Origin: Terrimicrobiaceae bacterium
GTDB taxonomy: Bacteria; Verrucomicrobiota; Verrucomicrobiia; Chthoniobacterales; Terrimicrobiaceae
Direction of reading: 5' to 3'
Length of the DNA: 64,000 nt
NCBI GenBank assembly: GCA_041752695.1
Contig: JBGSVZ010000005.1
Location: forward strand, 43,126-107,125
Shown: piece by piece, positions 9,738-18,647 of the stretch
Position numbering within the stretch: the stretch's first letter is position 1
How the letters are laid out: every line of letters begins with the position of its first letter
Notes under the pieces: generated by a model
Told to the model about the DNA's origin: nothing
Databases searched by the model: none
The model's input: the letters and a program-made list of their open reading frames with translations, nothing else
Program-made: the position numbers and the translations under genes

Positions 9738-11575
9738 GGATAGAGGGGAAAAAGAATCGGCACGAGCAGGATACAGATGAGCAGAACAACGATGGTAAAG
9801 GGCACGCCCATTTTCACAAAGTCGCCGAAGGAATAGCGGCCCGGCGCCAGCACCAGCGTGTTCACGGGTGACGAGATCGGCGTCATGAAAGCCGCCGAGG
9901 CGGCGATTGCAACGGTCATCGCAAAAGGATAGGGCGATGCACCGAGATGGTAGGCGGTGCTCAACGCAATCGGTGCCATGAGGATGGCGGTGGCAGTGTT
10001 GGAAATGAACATGCCGATGAGAGCGGTGAGGATGAAAAGACTGCCCAGCACGACGCGCGGGCCCGCCCCGCCGACCACGCTCAGGAGCCCGTCTACCGCA
10101 AGGTCGATACCACCCGTGCGATCCAAGGCGGTTGCAAAGGGCATCACGCCGACAATGAGAAGGAGGATTGGCCAGTGGATCGATTTGTAGGCGTTATCCA
10201 TGTCGATGCATTTGAAAACCCCCATAAGCAGGCAACCGATGATGGCGGCAATCACGTTGGGGACGATGCCGGTGACCATCAGAACGATCATGACGCCCAG
10301 GCTGAACAGCGCATAGGGAGCCTGACTCTGGGCCGGGGCGACCTTGTCGATTTCGGCCGGAAGACCGAGCACCAAAAAATCCTGCGGCTGGGATTGGAGT
10401 TGGCGCACTGCGTTCCAGGTGCCAATGACGAGGAGCGTATCGCCGGCTTTGAGCTTTTCTTCGAGGATGGCTCCCGACTGCGCGACGTTTGCGCGACGCA
10501 GCCCGATGACACTCAGGCGGTGAACGCGGCGAAAGCCCACCTGAATAATGGTTTTCCCGATCAAGCTGGAGTCTGGCGGAATTAGGATTTCCGCCATGCC
10601 GACGTCGCGCGATTGATCGGTAAAATATTGTCCACGCAGCGGAAGGGGCTCGAGGCCGAACTCGCGCAAACTGGCGGCCGGATCATGGTCGGGATTCGCG
10701 GGGACATCGACCAGCAGGACGTCGCCGACTTGCAGCACCGTTTCTGCGGACGGCTGGAGAACCTCGGTGCGAAATTTTCCCCGGCGTTCGATGCCGACTA
10801 CGCTGGCCTTGCTCGGTCGCCGGGCCTTTACATCGCGCAAAGTCAGACCGATGAGCGAGGAATCGGGCTGAATGCGAAGGCGGTGTTCGCGGCCGGCCAG
10901 ACTGTAGTCCTTGATGAAGTCGAGGAGATTCCGACGGGTGGAATTCGCGGTCTCGGCCCCTTCGTTCGAGGAACGCAGCCAGCGCCTGGCGAAAAGCATG
11001 TAGAGGATACCGCTGATGACAATCACGAGCCCGATCGGAGTGAAGCTGAAAAAGCTGAATCCCCCGAAACCGTCGTTGGTCAGGGCACTGTCCACCACCA
11101 TGTTGGGCGCCGTGGCGACCAATGTGAGCATGCCGCTCATCAGTCCGGCAAAACTCAGCGGCATCATCAGACGGCCTGGCGAGATCCGCAGGCGCTCGGC
11201 CAGGCTGAGCGCCACCGGAATAAAGATGGCGACTACTCCCGTGGAACTCATCACCGAGCCAAGACCGGCCACCGCGGCCATGAGCAGGGCGATGAGTTTT
11301 GCCTCACTGTCGCCAGCTTTTTTGATGAGCAAGTCGCTGAGTTGGTAAGCAATTCCGGTGCGCGCCAGACCTGCGCCAATGACGAACAACGCCGCAATGA
11401 GCAGGATGTTCGCGTCGCTGAAACCTGCCAGGGCTTCGGGCACGGTGACAATGCCGCAGAGGGGCAGGATGACAATGACCAGCAGAGCAACGACATCCAT
11501 GCGGGGCTTGTTGATGACAAACATGCCGATGCAGGCGGCCAGGAGGCCAAGGACGAGAAGGAGTTCAGCGTTCAT
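9734..11575 (-). CDS. SLC13 family permease with two TrkA-C domains
   Basis: N- and C-terminal TM bundles, LTLVATAPN, ISNTATA and AASAAFMTPISSPVN, with central RCK_C repeats. Confidence 0.92.
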   Translation of the reverse strand: MNAELLLVLGLLAACIGMFVINKPRMDVVALLVIVILPLCGIVTVPEALAGFSDANILLIAALFVIGAGLARTGIAYQLSDLLIKKAGDSEAKLIALLMAAVAGLGSVMSSTGVVAIFIPVALSLAERLRISPGRLMMPLSFAGLMSGMLTLVATAPNMVVDSALTNDGFGGFSFFSFTPIGLVIVISGILYMLFARRWLRSSNEGAETANSTRRNLLDFIKDYSLAGREHRLRIQPDSSLIGLTLRDVKARRPSKASVVGIERRGKFRTEVLQPSAETVLQVGDVLLVDVPANPDHDPAASLREFGLEPLPLRGQYFTDQSRDVGMAEILIPPDSSLIGKTIIQVGFRRVHRLSVIGLRRANVAQSGAILEEKLKAGDTLLVIGTWNAVRQLQSQPQDFLVLGLPAEIDKVAPAQSQAPYALFSLGVMIVLMVTGIVPNVIAAIIGCLLMGVFKCIDMDNAYKSIHWPILLLIVGVMPFATALDRTGGIDLAVDGLLSVVGGAGPRVVLGSLFILTALIGMFISNTATAILMAPIALSTAYHLGASPYPFAMTVAIAASAAFMTPISSPVNTLVLAPGRYSFGDFVKMGVPFTIVVLLICILLVPILFPLYP

Positions 11576-11925
11576 GAGAAAAGTGGACGGTTTTCGGCCG
11601 GAAAATGCGGGGGAAAAGCGGATGGGTCGAAAATCACCCGCGCATGGTCGCGATCATCCCGAGATCAGCAAGCCGATTTTTTTCTATCCCCAAACATGAT
11701 CACAAAAATTCCGCGATCTTGTGAGAGTGAGTCGGCTTTCGCGTTATAATGTGCTCGGGGTCAGTGGGTTATGAGGAAAAGTTGGCGCCGAAAAAAATGC
11801 GACAAATTTTTGAACAGCCGGGGGGGAGGTCTGTCTAATTAATTAACTGCATTAAATACCTTTCACTTTTTTAGAACCCAACCCCCTTTCCCATCCGTTT
11901 CATAAATAGGAGAACATATAATATC

Positions 11926-12771
11926 ATGGCCTTGGAAGACAACGAAACTGGTTTTCAGCTTTACCTGAGGGAGATCGCAAAATTCCCCCTTTTGACCCCT
12001 GCACAGGAGGTGAAGCTGGCGCGTAAAATTAAAAAGGGCGATCAGGCGGCTCGTTCCGAAATGGTTCGTTCGAACCTGCGGCTCGTGGTGAAAATCGCGA
12101 GGGATTACGCCAATCTCGGGCTGCCTTTGCTCGACCTGATTTCCGAGGGGAACATCGGCCTGATGAAGGCGGTGGAGCGTTTTGATCCGAAAAAAGGCGG
12201 CAAGTTGAGCACTTACGCCGCGTGGTGGATCAAGCAGTCGATCAAGCGCGCTCTGGCCAACCAGAGCAAGACGATCCGCTTGCCCGTTCATCTCGTGGAC
12301 AAGATCGCCAAGATGCGCCGGGTTTCGATGCAGATGACCGAGGAACTGGGCCGCGAACCCACCGATGATGAGTTGGCGGAGGAGATCGGCCTTGTGCCCT
12401 CCAAGGTCACCCAGCTGAAGAGCGCGGCGATCCGCCCGGCTTCGCTGGACCAACCCATCGGTGACGACGACTCCACGGAGTTCGGAGAAATCGTGGGCGA
12501 CGAAGAAGCGGACGATCCGTTTGAAACCCTCCGCGACAAGGACATGCGTGAGGAAGTGGGCGAATTGCTCGATATTTTGGACGATCGCGAACGCCGCATC
12601 ATCAATTCCCGCTTTGGTCTGGATGGGCAGAAGCCGAAGACCCTGGAGGAAGTGGGTGAAAAGTTTGGAGTGACCCGCGAGCGCATCCGCCAGTTGCAAA
12701 ACATTGCGCTGCACAAGCTGCGCAAGGCGCTGAGCAAGAAGGAGCGTCCGCGAGTCGAAGCTTTGGTATAG
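11926..12771 (+). CDS. Sigma-70 factor, short RpoD/RpoS-like (no region 1.1)
   Basis: YLREI, NLRLVV, DLISEGNIGLMKAVERFD, STYAAWWIKQ and TLEEVG..VTRERIRQ; AGGAG RBS upstream. Confidence 0.95.
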   Translation: MALEDNETGFQLYLREIAKFPLLTPAQEVKLARKIKKGDQAARSEMVRSNLRLVVKIARDYANLGLPLLDLISEGNIGLMKAVERFDPKKGGKLSTYAAWWIKQSIKRALANQSKTIRLPVHLVDKIAKMRRVSMQMTEELGREPTDDELAEEIGLVPSKVTQLKSAAIRPASLDQPIGDDDSTEFGEIVGDEEADDPFETLRDKDMREEVGELLDILDDRERRIINSRFGLDGQKPKTLEEVGEKFGVTRERIRQLQNIALHKLRKALSKKERPRVEALV

Positions 12772-12793
12772 GTAGGTTAGGTTGAATGGAGGT

Positions 12794-12827
12794 GAAGGGG
12801 TCGCGCAGGCGACCCCTTCCTCTTTTT
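12794..12827 (+). terminator. Intrinsic terminator after the sigma gene
   Basis: GAAGGGGTCGC-gcag-GCGACCCCTTC 11-bp stem followed by CTCTTTTT. Confidence 0.75.
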
Positions 12828-12878
12828 CCAGGGTGGTGAATTTTGCGCCCCGCGTAGACTTCCCCCCGTATCCCTCCC

Positions 12879-14282
12879 GTGAAGACTGCCATCCATTGGT
12901 TCCGGCGCGATCTGCGCATCACCGATAATACCGCGCTGGGCCAGTGCGCTTCCCGTGCCGCCGAAGTGGTGCCGGTTTACATCCTGAGCGAGTGGACAAT
13001 CGCCCACCGATGGACGGGATCGCACCGCCAGGAATTTCTTTGCGGCAGTCTTGAGGCGTTAGCCAAAAATCTCTCGGCGATCGGAGGCCGTCTTTTGATT
13101 CGCCAAGGCAATCCGATTGAGGAATTGGTGGCGCTCGCCCGCGAGACGGGTGCTGGAGCGATCTATTTTAACCGGGACCCCGACCCGTTCGGTCGCGCGG
13201 TGGAGGAGAAACTTCTCCAGGCCGGACAAGAGCTGGGCCTGGAGGTCGTCGCTTGCAAAGACATCTGCATCCACGAGCGGGTGGAGGTACTGACGGGATC
13301 CGGCGATCCTTTTCGCGTTTTCACCCCCTACGCCAAAGCTTGGGCTAAACTCCCGAAGATCGATCCCGTCGGGCGGCCGCGGAAACTGGTGACTCCCGGC
13401 CACGTCAAATCCCTCGAACTTCCCTCCCTCGCCACATGGGGCTTGAGGGCTGAGGGCCGGATTGTGGCGCCGGGAGAAAAGGCGGCGAGAGAGCGGCTGG
13501 GGAACTTTCTGGGAAATGCCCTGGCTTCCTACGGGGCTAAGCGGGACTTTCCCGCGGCGGACTCGACGTCCCGTCTTTCTCAGGACCTGCGTTGGGGATT
13601 GCTTTCCACTCGCGAGGTTTTTACCCGCAGCGAAAAGCGGGTGGGGGAACTCCCCGCGGCTGATCGGTCGAATGCCATGAAGTTTATCTCCGAGCTGATC
13701 TGGCGAGAGTTTTATCTCAACATCCTCTGGCATTTTCCCCAGGTGCTGGACACGGAGTTTAATCCCAAATTTCGCGGCATGGTGTGGCCGGGGAGTCAGG
13801 AAAATTTTCATCGTTGGGAAGCGGGGGAAACAGGCTTTCCCATCGTGGACGCCGCCATGCGCGAGTTAAACGAGACGGGTTTTATGCATAACCGCGCGCG
13901 GATGATCACGGCGATGTTTTTGACGAAAGACCTCCACCTCGACTGGCGCCTCGGGGAACGTTATTTCCTGCAGAAACTCACCGACGGAGACATCGCCAGC
14001 AACAATGGCGGCTGGCAATGGAGCGCGGGGACAGGAGCGGATGCGGCTCCCTACTTTCGGATTCAAAATCCCTGGACGCAGACCCGGCGGTACGACCCTG
14101 AGGGAACCTACATCCGTCGATGGTTGCCGGAACTACGGGATGTGCCGACGGAACGCTTCTTTGAGCCACCGGCGGTGGGTCGGCTGGTGGCCCAATATCC
14201 GCCGCCCGTCGTCGATCACGCTCTCGCGCGGGAGAAGACGCTCGAGCTTTTCGCCGTGCAGAAGGAGATGGTGGGGAGTTAG
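12879..14282 (+). CDS. phrB: Deoxyribodipyrimidine photolyase (class I CPD photolyase/cryptochrome family)
   Basis: WFRRDLRITDN, TSRLS, ELIWREFY, MHNRARM, DIASNNGGWQW and PYFRIQNP. Confidence 0.93.
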   Translation: MKTAIHWFRRDLRITDNTALGQCASRAAEVVPVYILSEWTIAHRWTGSHRQEFLCGSLEALAKNLSAIGGRLLIRQGNPIEELVALARETGAGAIYFNRDPDPFGRAVEEKLLQAGQELGLEVVACKDICIHERVEVLTGSGDPFRVFTPYAKAWAKLPKIDPVGRPRKLVTPGHVKSLELPSLATWGLRAEGRIVAPGEKAARERLGNFLGNALASYGAKRDFPAADSTSRLSQDLRWGLLSTREVFTRSEKRVGELPAADRSNAMKFISELIWREFYLNILWHFPQVLDTEFNPKFRGMVWPGSQENFHRWEAGETGFPIVDAAMRELNETGFMHNRARMITAMFLTKDLHLDWRLGERYFLQKLTDGDIASNNGGWQWSAGTGADAAPYFRIQNPWTQTRRYDPEGTYIRRWLPELRDVPTERFFEPPAVGRLVAQYPPPVVDHALAREKTLELFAVQKEMVGS

Positions 14283-14316
14283 GGCGGCTTCGATGGCGCG
14301 ATAGACGCGGTTTAAT

Positions 14317-15315
14317 TCAGGGAAGCCGGACCTCCAGGAGCACGGTGTGACTGACGCGCCCGCCAGGCCACCACGGAACGAGCCGCGGCGACAGATGTTC
14401 AAATTCCAAGAGCGGGAAAGCATCCGCACCCAGGTAAATTTGCGAGTCGTAGGGTCCGTCGGGACGGTTCCTGGCTTTCCCCTGAATTCGCCCGGGATGT
14501 AGTCGCAATTCCCCGTCGGGCCACCGGGCGGAAAGTGTCTGGGTGGGAAATCCCAGCTTTTCCTCTTCGGGCATTCTGCGCAGCAAAAGGGTTTTGCCGG
14601 TGGAAGTCGCGTGCGGTGGCAGGGCAAAGTCCGTTTCGGTCGTGGGACGTGGTCCGATGGGCAGACGGACAAATCCGCGCGGCGCCGATTTTGCGGGTTT
14701 GGGGGAGGCTTCGAAGACTGCTCCCTTGGCGAGCTGAAAGATTTGCATGGACTGATGTCCCCTCGGGCTGCGTTCCTGCCAGGAGACTTTGCATTCCAGT
14801 AACCCCTCTTTCTGCCAGCGATACGAACGTCGGATGGCGATTTCTTTGCCCGATTTTGCGGAAGTTTCGAGTTCCAAAATGCCCCCGCGATTTGGTTTCA
14901 CCCACTGCGCGGCTGTCATTTCCCAATTCGCGGGCGGGGGCCAGAAGGGATGCCATTCTGTTTGCGGACCGAGCCAGACCCTATGGCCCCCGAGTTGCAG
15001 GGGGTCCGCCGGGTCTGACGGACTGTTGAGAAAGTTAGGTCCCTCTCGGGGGCCCAGAAACGAAAGTCGCCCCCGGGCAGGATCCACCTCCGCCCTGAGA
15101 TTGCCGGAGTCCGCACGCCAGACGATCCGGCCCTGAGCGAGGGTGGAGTACCATTTCCCAGGAGTGGCACATCCAACCAGACAGAACGCCAAGATGAGGA
15201 ACGAGGCGAATCGCGTCGCAGGGATGTTCCCGGGAGTCGATCCGGAGCCAAGTCTCCCGAGTCGCATCCGACGAATCAAGGGATTGGATGATTTTCCTGT
15301 CGGAGGGAAAATCAT
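14317..15315 (-). CDS. Hypothetical lipoprotein, DUF4380-like (start uncertain)
   Basis: Lipobox-like FCLVGC; GGHRVWLGPQ..W..WPP and LEFEHLSP motifs. Confidence 0.6.
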   Translation of the reverse strand: MIFPPTGKSSNPLIRRMRLGRLGSGSTPGNIPATRFASFLILAFCLVGCATPGKWYSTLAQGRIVWRADSGNLRAEVDPARGRLSFLGPREGPNFLNSPSDPADPLQLGGHRVWLGPQTEWHPFWPPPANWEMTAAQWVKPNRGGILELETSAKSGKEIAIRRSYRWQKEGLLECKVSWQERSPRGHQSMQIFQLAKGAVFEASPKPAKSAPRGFVRLPIGPRPTTETDFALPPHATSTGKTLLLRRMPEEEKLGFPTQTLSARWPDGELRLHPGRIQGKARNRPDGPYDSQIYLGADAFPLLEFEHLSPRLVPWWPGGRVSHTVLLEVRLP

Positions 15316-15324
15316 GATCGTGAA

Positions 15325-16083
15325 CTAAGTGCCGGGTCCGGCGACCGCGTTCCGTCTTTGCACCGTGCCTTGCGCGAAAGAACGGACACTGCCGTCGAGC
15401 ATCAGGGTATTTGTACTCTTTTTGGGATGATGATAGGAGAGCCCTCCGTGATGGCCATCCGTAGAGTCAATGAAGGTGTCCGGACTAACGGTCGATGTGA
15501 GGGCAAAATCGTTGGGAAAATAGAGGCTGACTTCCGCCAGATTTTTATTCGCGGGATTCTGGACTCCATCCGCCACCAAGACGACTTCGGAGGGTTTTGC
15601 CACCCGCACTTTTCGGATGCGGTAGTTCGCGTCCTCAGCCCCCAGCCGAACATGCATCGAGTAGGTGGACACCCAGTCTCCGCTGGCTTGGGTTTGAGGC
15701 TTCAGCCGGGCGTCAGGACAGACCCAGGTGGTCGCGCGTTGATTTGCACTCTGAAGATAAGGCGTGAGGCGTTGCACCCAGGTTTGGGTTCCGTCGGCAT
15801 CCTTGCTGGTTGTCCAGTGGATCGGGAGTTGGTCGTCATTCGAGGCGGCATAGGCATGCATCGCGATTCCGATCTGGCGCAGGTTCGAGACGCAGCGGAC
15901 GGAGTTTGCGGACTTTGTCAATTTGTTGACGGCGGGCACAAGCAGAGCGGCAAGAACGCCCACGATGCCAACCACTGCGAGGAGCTCCACCAAGGTGAAG
16001 CCTGCGCAAGATATCCGCCGAGCCTGTTGGCGAAGAGGGGGCGTGGGGTTTGTGAGGTATGCGATCATAGGGGATTTGATCAA
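15325..16083 (-). CDS. Prepilin-type N-terminal cleavage/methylation protein with an H-X9-DG-like C-terminus (DUF1559-like)
   Basis: G|FTLVELLAVVGIVGVLAALLVPAV, CVSNLRQIG and HPKKSTNTLMLDGSV. Confidence 0.9.
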   Translation of the reverse strand: MIKSPMIAYLTNPTPPLRQQARRISCAGFTLVELLAVVGIVGVLAALLVPAVNKLTKSANSVRCVSNLRQIGIAMHAYAASNDDQLPIHWTTSKDADGTQTWVQRLTPYLQSANQRATTWVCPDARLKPQTQASGDWVSTYSMHVRLGAEDANYRIRKVRVAKPSEVVLVADGVQNPANKNLAEVSLYFPNDFALTSTVSPDTFIDSTDGHHGGLSYHHPKKSTNTLMLDGSVRSFAQGTVQRRNAVAGPGT

Positions 16084-16187
16084 GGGGTGAGATCCTTGAA
16101 TCGTTGTTACCTTACCCTAGCTTCGAAAATTTGGAAATTGATGAAACGTTCGCTTTTATAGGATTCGTTCAGGACGCGTCTGCGCAT

Positions 16188-17060
16188 TTAGCGGATTTCC
16201 ATATGTTCGTGGCGATAGTTTAACGGGGTCTTTCCGAGGTGGGTCTTGAAGGAGGCGCAGAAGGCGGAGCTGCTGCTAAAACCGGCCTTCTTGGCGACCT
16301 CGGACACCGGTAATCGTGTTTCGCGCAATAGGCGCATAGCCTCTTCGAAACGGGCATGGCGCAGCACTTCGCTGGGATTGCGTCTCCAAATCGTTTTTAG
16401 ACGCCGGGAGAGATAGGAACGGGAATATCCCATGCGGTCCGCAAATTCCTTTACCGATCCGTGGCTCATCGGAATGAGCCCGGGAAAATTTGCGCTGAGA
16501 TTGACAAGTTGCGGAGGACCAGGCCTGGTGTCCTCACAGGAGGCCCACCAGGAATTCAGCCAGCGATACGCCAGGACGGACCAGAACCGCGCGGTGCGAA
16601 CCGGCTGCTGCCGCACCATTTTGCAGAAGCGCTGCGCGCCCCGTACGGCAGCGCAATCTGGTGGAAGCGACTGGAGCGAGCCGAACTGCTGCACGACGTA
16701 ATCAAAAAGCCCGAAGGCGGCGTCACCGGTGAACCCAATATAAATGCGCCGCCATGGCAGCCCTTGTCGGTGATAAACCAGCGTGCCGGGCGCGGGTTGG
16801 CGAACGGCCAGGGCCTGTCCGGGACCGACTCTTAGCTTTTGATCGCCCTGCTCATACTCGACAAAACCTTCAATCGTGTAGATCCACATTCCCTGCGGCG
16901 CGAGTGCCTGCAAGAAAAACGGGTTGGGCGGGCGCATCGTTTCCTCCACGTCGTCGGAACAACAAAGCACCCGGCAGATGGGACCGTGCCAGTCCGGTGC
17001 TTCGGGAACAAGTGTCGCCTCCTTAAGGGCGCTTGCGTTCTGGGGAAAATTCCTGCGCAT
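16188..17060 (-). CDS. AraC family transcriptional regulator
   Basis: C-terminal double HTH (GYSRSYLSR; VSEVAKKAGFSSSSAFCASFK..GKTP). Confidence 0.9.
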   Translation of the reverse strand: MRRNFPQNASALKEATLVPEAPDWHGPICRVLCCSDDVEETMRPPNPFFLQALAPQGMWIYTIEGFVEYEQGDQKLRVGPGQALAVRQPAPGTLVYHRQGLPWRRIYIGFTGDAAFGLFDYVVQQFGSLQSLPPDCAAVRGAQRFCKMVRQQPVRTARFWSVLAYRWLNSWWASCEDTRPGPPQLVNLSANFPGLIPMSHGSVKEFADRMGYSRSYLSRRLKTIWRRNPSEVLRHARFEEAMRLLRETRLPVSEVAKKAGFSSSSAFCASFKTHLGKTPLNYRHEHMEIR

Positions 17061-17108
17061 GCCGGTAACCGTAACAGAGGAAGCTTGGCTGTGTCGAGAC
17101 GGCGTAGC

Positions 17109-17143
17109 ACGAAATCACAATTTCCGAACGAAATCTGCATTTC
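17109..17143. promoter_or_regulatory. Tandem direct repeat, candidate AraC binding site
   Basis: ACGAAATCacaATTTC and ACGAAATCtgcATTTC (13/16 identical, 19-bp period) in the divergent araC/GH1 spacer. Confidence 0.5.
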
Positions 17144-17178
17144 AGTTTGGCGGCATTGGGGCGAAAGTCCTCGTCAGA

Positions 17179-18603
17179 ATGAGATCGCAAAATTCCCTCC
17201 GTACGTTTCCACCGGATTTCGCCTGGGGTGCGGCCACGGCTGCTTACCAGGTTGAGGGAGGGTGGAATCAAGACGGACGCGGCCCGTCGGTCTGGGACGA
17301 TTTCTGTCACCGCGGCGGAAAGATATGTGATGGCTCCAGCGGCGATGTCGCCTGCAACCACTACAATCTCTGGCGCGAGGATGTGGAAATGATGCGCGCC
17401 ATGGGACTGCGGGCCTATCGATTTTCGCTGAGTTGGTCACGCATCCTGCCGCAGGGAACTGGTGTGATCAATGAAGCGGGATTGGATTTTTACGACCACC
17501 TTGTGGACGCCCTTTTGGAAGCGAACATCACCCCGTGGGTCACGCTCTTTCATTGGGATCTTCCCTCCGCCCTCTATCATCGCGGGGGATGGCTTAATTC
17601 CAATTCCCCGGAGTGGTTCGCGGAATACACCCGGGTGGTGGCCGCGCGCCTTGGGGATCGCGTGACCAACTGGATCACGCTGAACGAGCCACCGTGTTTC
17701 ACCGGGATGGGCCACCTGGACGCCGTCCATGCGCCGGGCGACAGCCTGTCCTTCGCCAACTTTCTCCGTGTCGCGCACCATGTCCTGATGGCGCACGGAA
17801 AATCCGTCCAAGTCCTGCGCGCGGGGTGTCCGCGTCCGGTGCAGATCGGATTTGCCATCACGGGAAACGCGAGAATTCCCCAGACCCAATCTTCTGCCGA
17901 CATCGAAGCCGCGAAGTCCCTGCTTTTCAGTGTCCGCCGCAAATCGCAATGGAACATCTCGTGGTGGATGGATCCTGTGTTTTTGGGCAATTATCCCGCC
18001 GACGGGCTCGCGCTCTTCGGAGAAGACATGCCCGAGATCGGAAGCACGGATATGGAGATCATCAACCAGCCGCTCGATTTCATTGGCTACAACGGTTATA
18101 CCGGAGATCGGGTCAAATCGACGGCGGAAGGTCCCTGCGAGATTCCTCATGAGCATGGGCATGCCCGCGGTCTTTTGAACTGGGTGCGAATGGAACCCTC
18201 CGCGCTGTATTGGATGACGCGGTTTCTCCAGGAGCGATACGGTCGCCTTCCGTTGGTCGTGACGGAGAATGGTTTCCCCGGTTCCGATTGGGTGGACCGC
18301 ACCGGCAGGGTGAGCGACCCTCAGCGTATTGACTATACCGCCCGTTACCTCATGGAGATTGCCCGGGCGAATCACGAGGGATATCCCATCTCGGGTTACT
18401 TTCATTGGACACTCATGGATAATTTCGAGTGGGCGGAAGGGTACCACGCCCGGTTTGGCTTGGTTCACGTGGACTTCCGCACCCAAAAGCGTACGTTGAA
18501 AGAGTCCGCCCACTGGTATCGCAAAGTCATCGAAACCCAGGGAGGGAGCCTCTCCCTGGTCCCTGAGAGGGAGGAAGCCTCCCTCCAGTCCGCCTATGCC
18601 TGA
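17179..18603 (+). CDS. GH1 beta-glucosidase
   Basis: FAWGAATAAYQVEG, YRFSLSWSRI, catalytic TLNEP and VTENG, DNFEWAEG; no signal peptide. Confidence 0.95.
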   Translation: MRSQNSLRTFPPDFAWGAATAAYQVEGGWNQDGRGPSVWDDFCHRGGKICDGSSGDVACNHYNLWREDVEMMRAMGLRAYRFSLSWSRILPQGTGVINEAGLDFYDHLVDALLEANITPWVTLFHWDLPSALYHRGGWLNSNSPEWFAEYTRVVAARLGDRVTNWITLNEPPCFTGMGHLDAVHAPGDSLSFANFLRVAHHVLMAHGKSVQVLRAGCPRPVQIGFAITGNARIPQTQSSADIEAAKSLLFSVRRKSQWNISWWMDPVFLGNYPADGLALFGEDMPEIGSTDMEIINQPLDFIGYNGYTGDRVKSTAEGPCEIPHEHGHARGLLNWVRMEPSALYWMTRFLQERYGRLPLVVTENGFPGSDWVDRTGRVSDPQRIDYTARYLMEIARANHEGYPISGYFHWTLMDNFEWAEGYHARFGLVHVDFRTQKRTLKESAHWYRKVIETQGGSLSLVPEREEASLQSAYA

Positions 18604-18647
18604 ACTTTAACTTAGCTAATCCCTCCGCTCTCCCGCGAATCCCAGTT

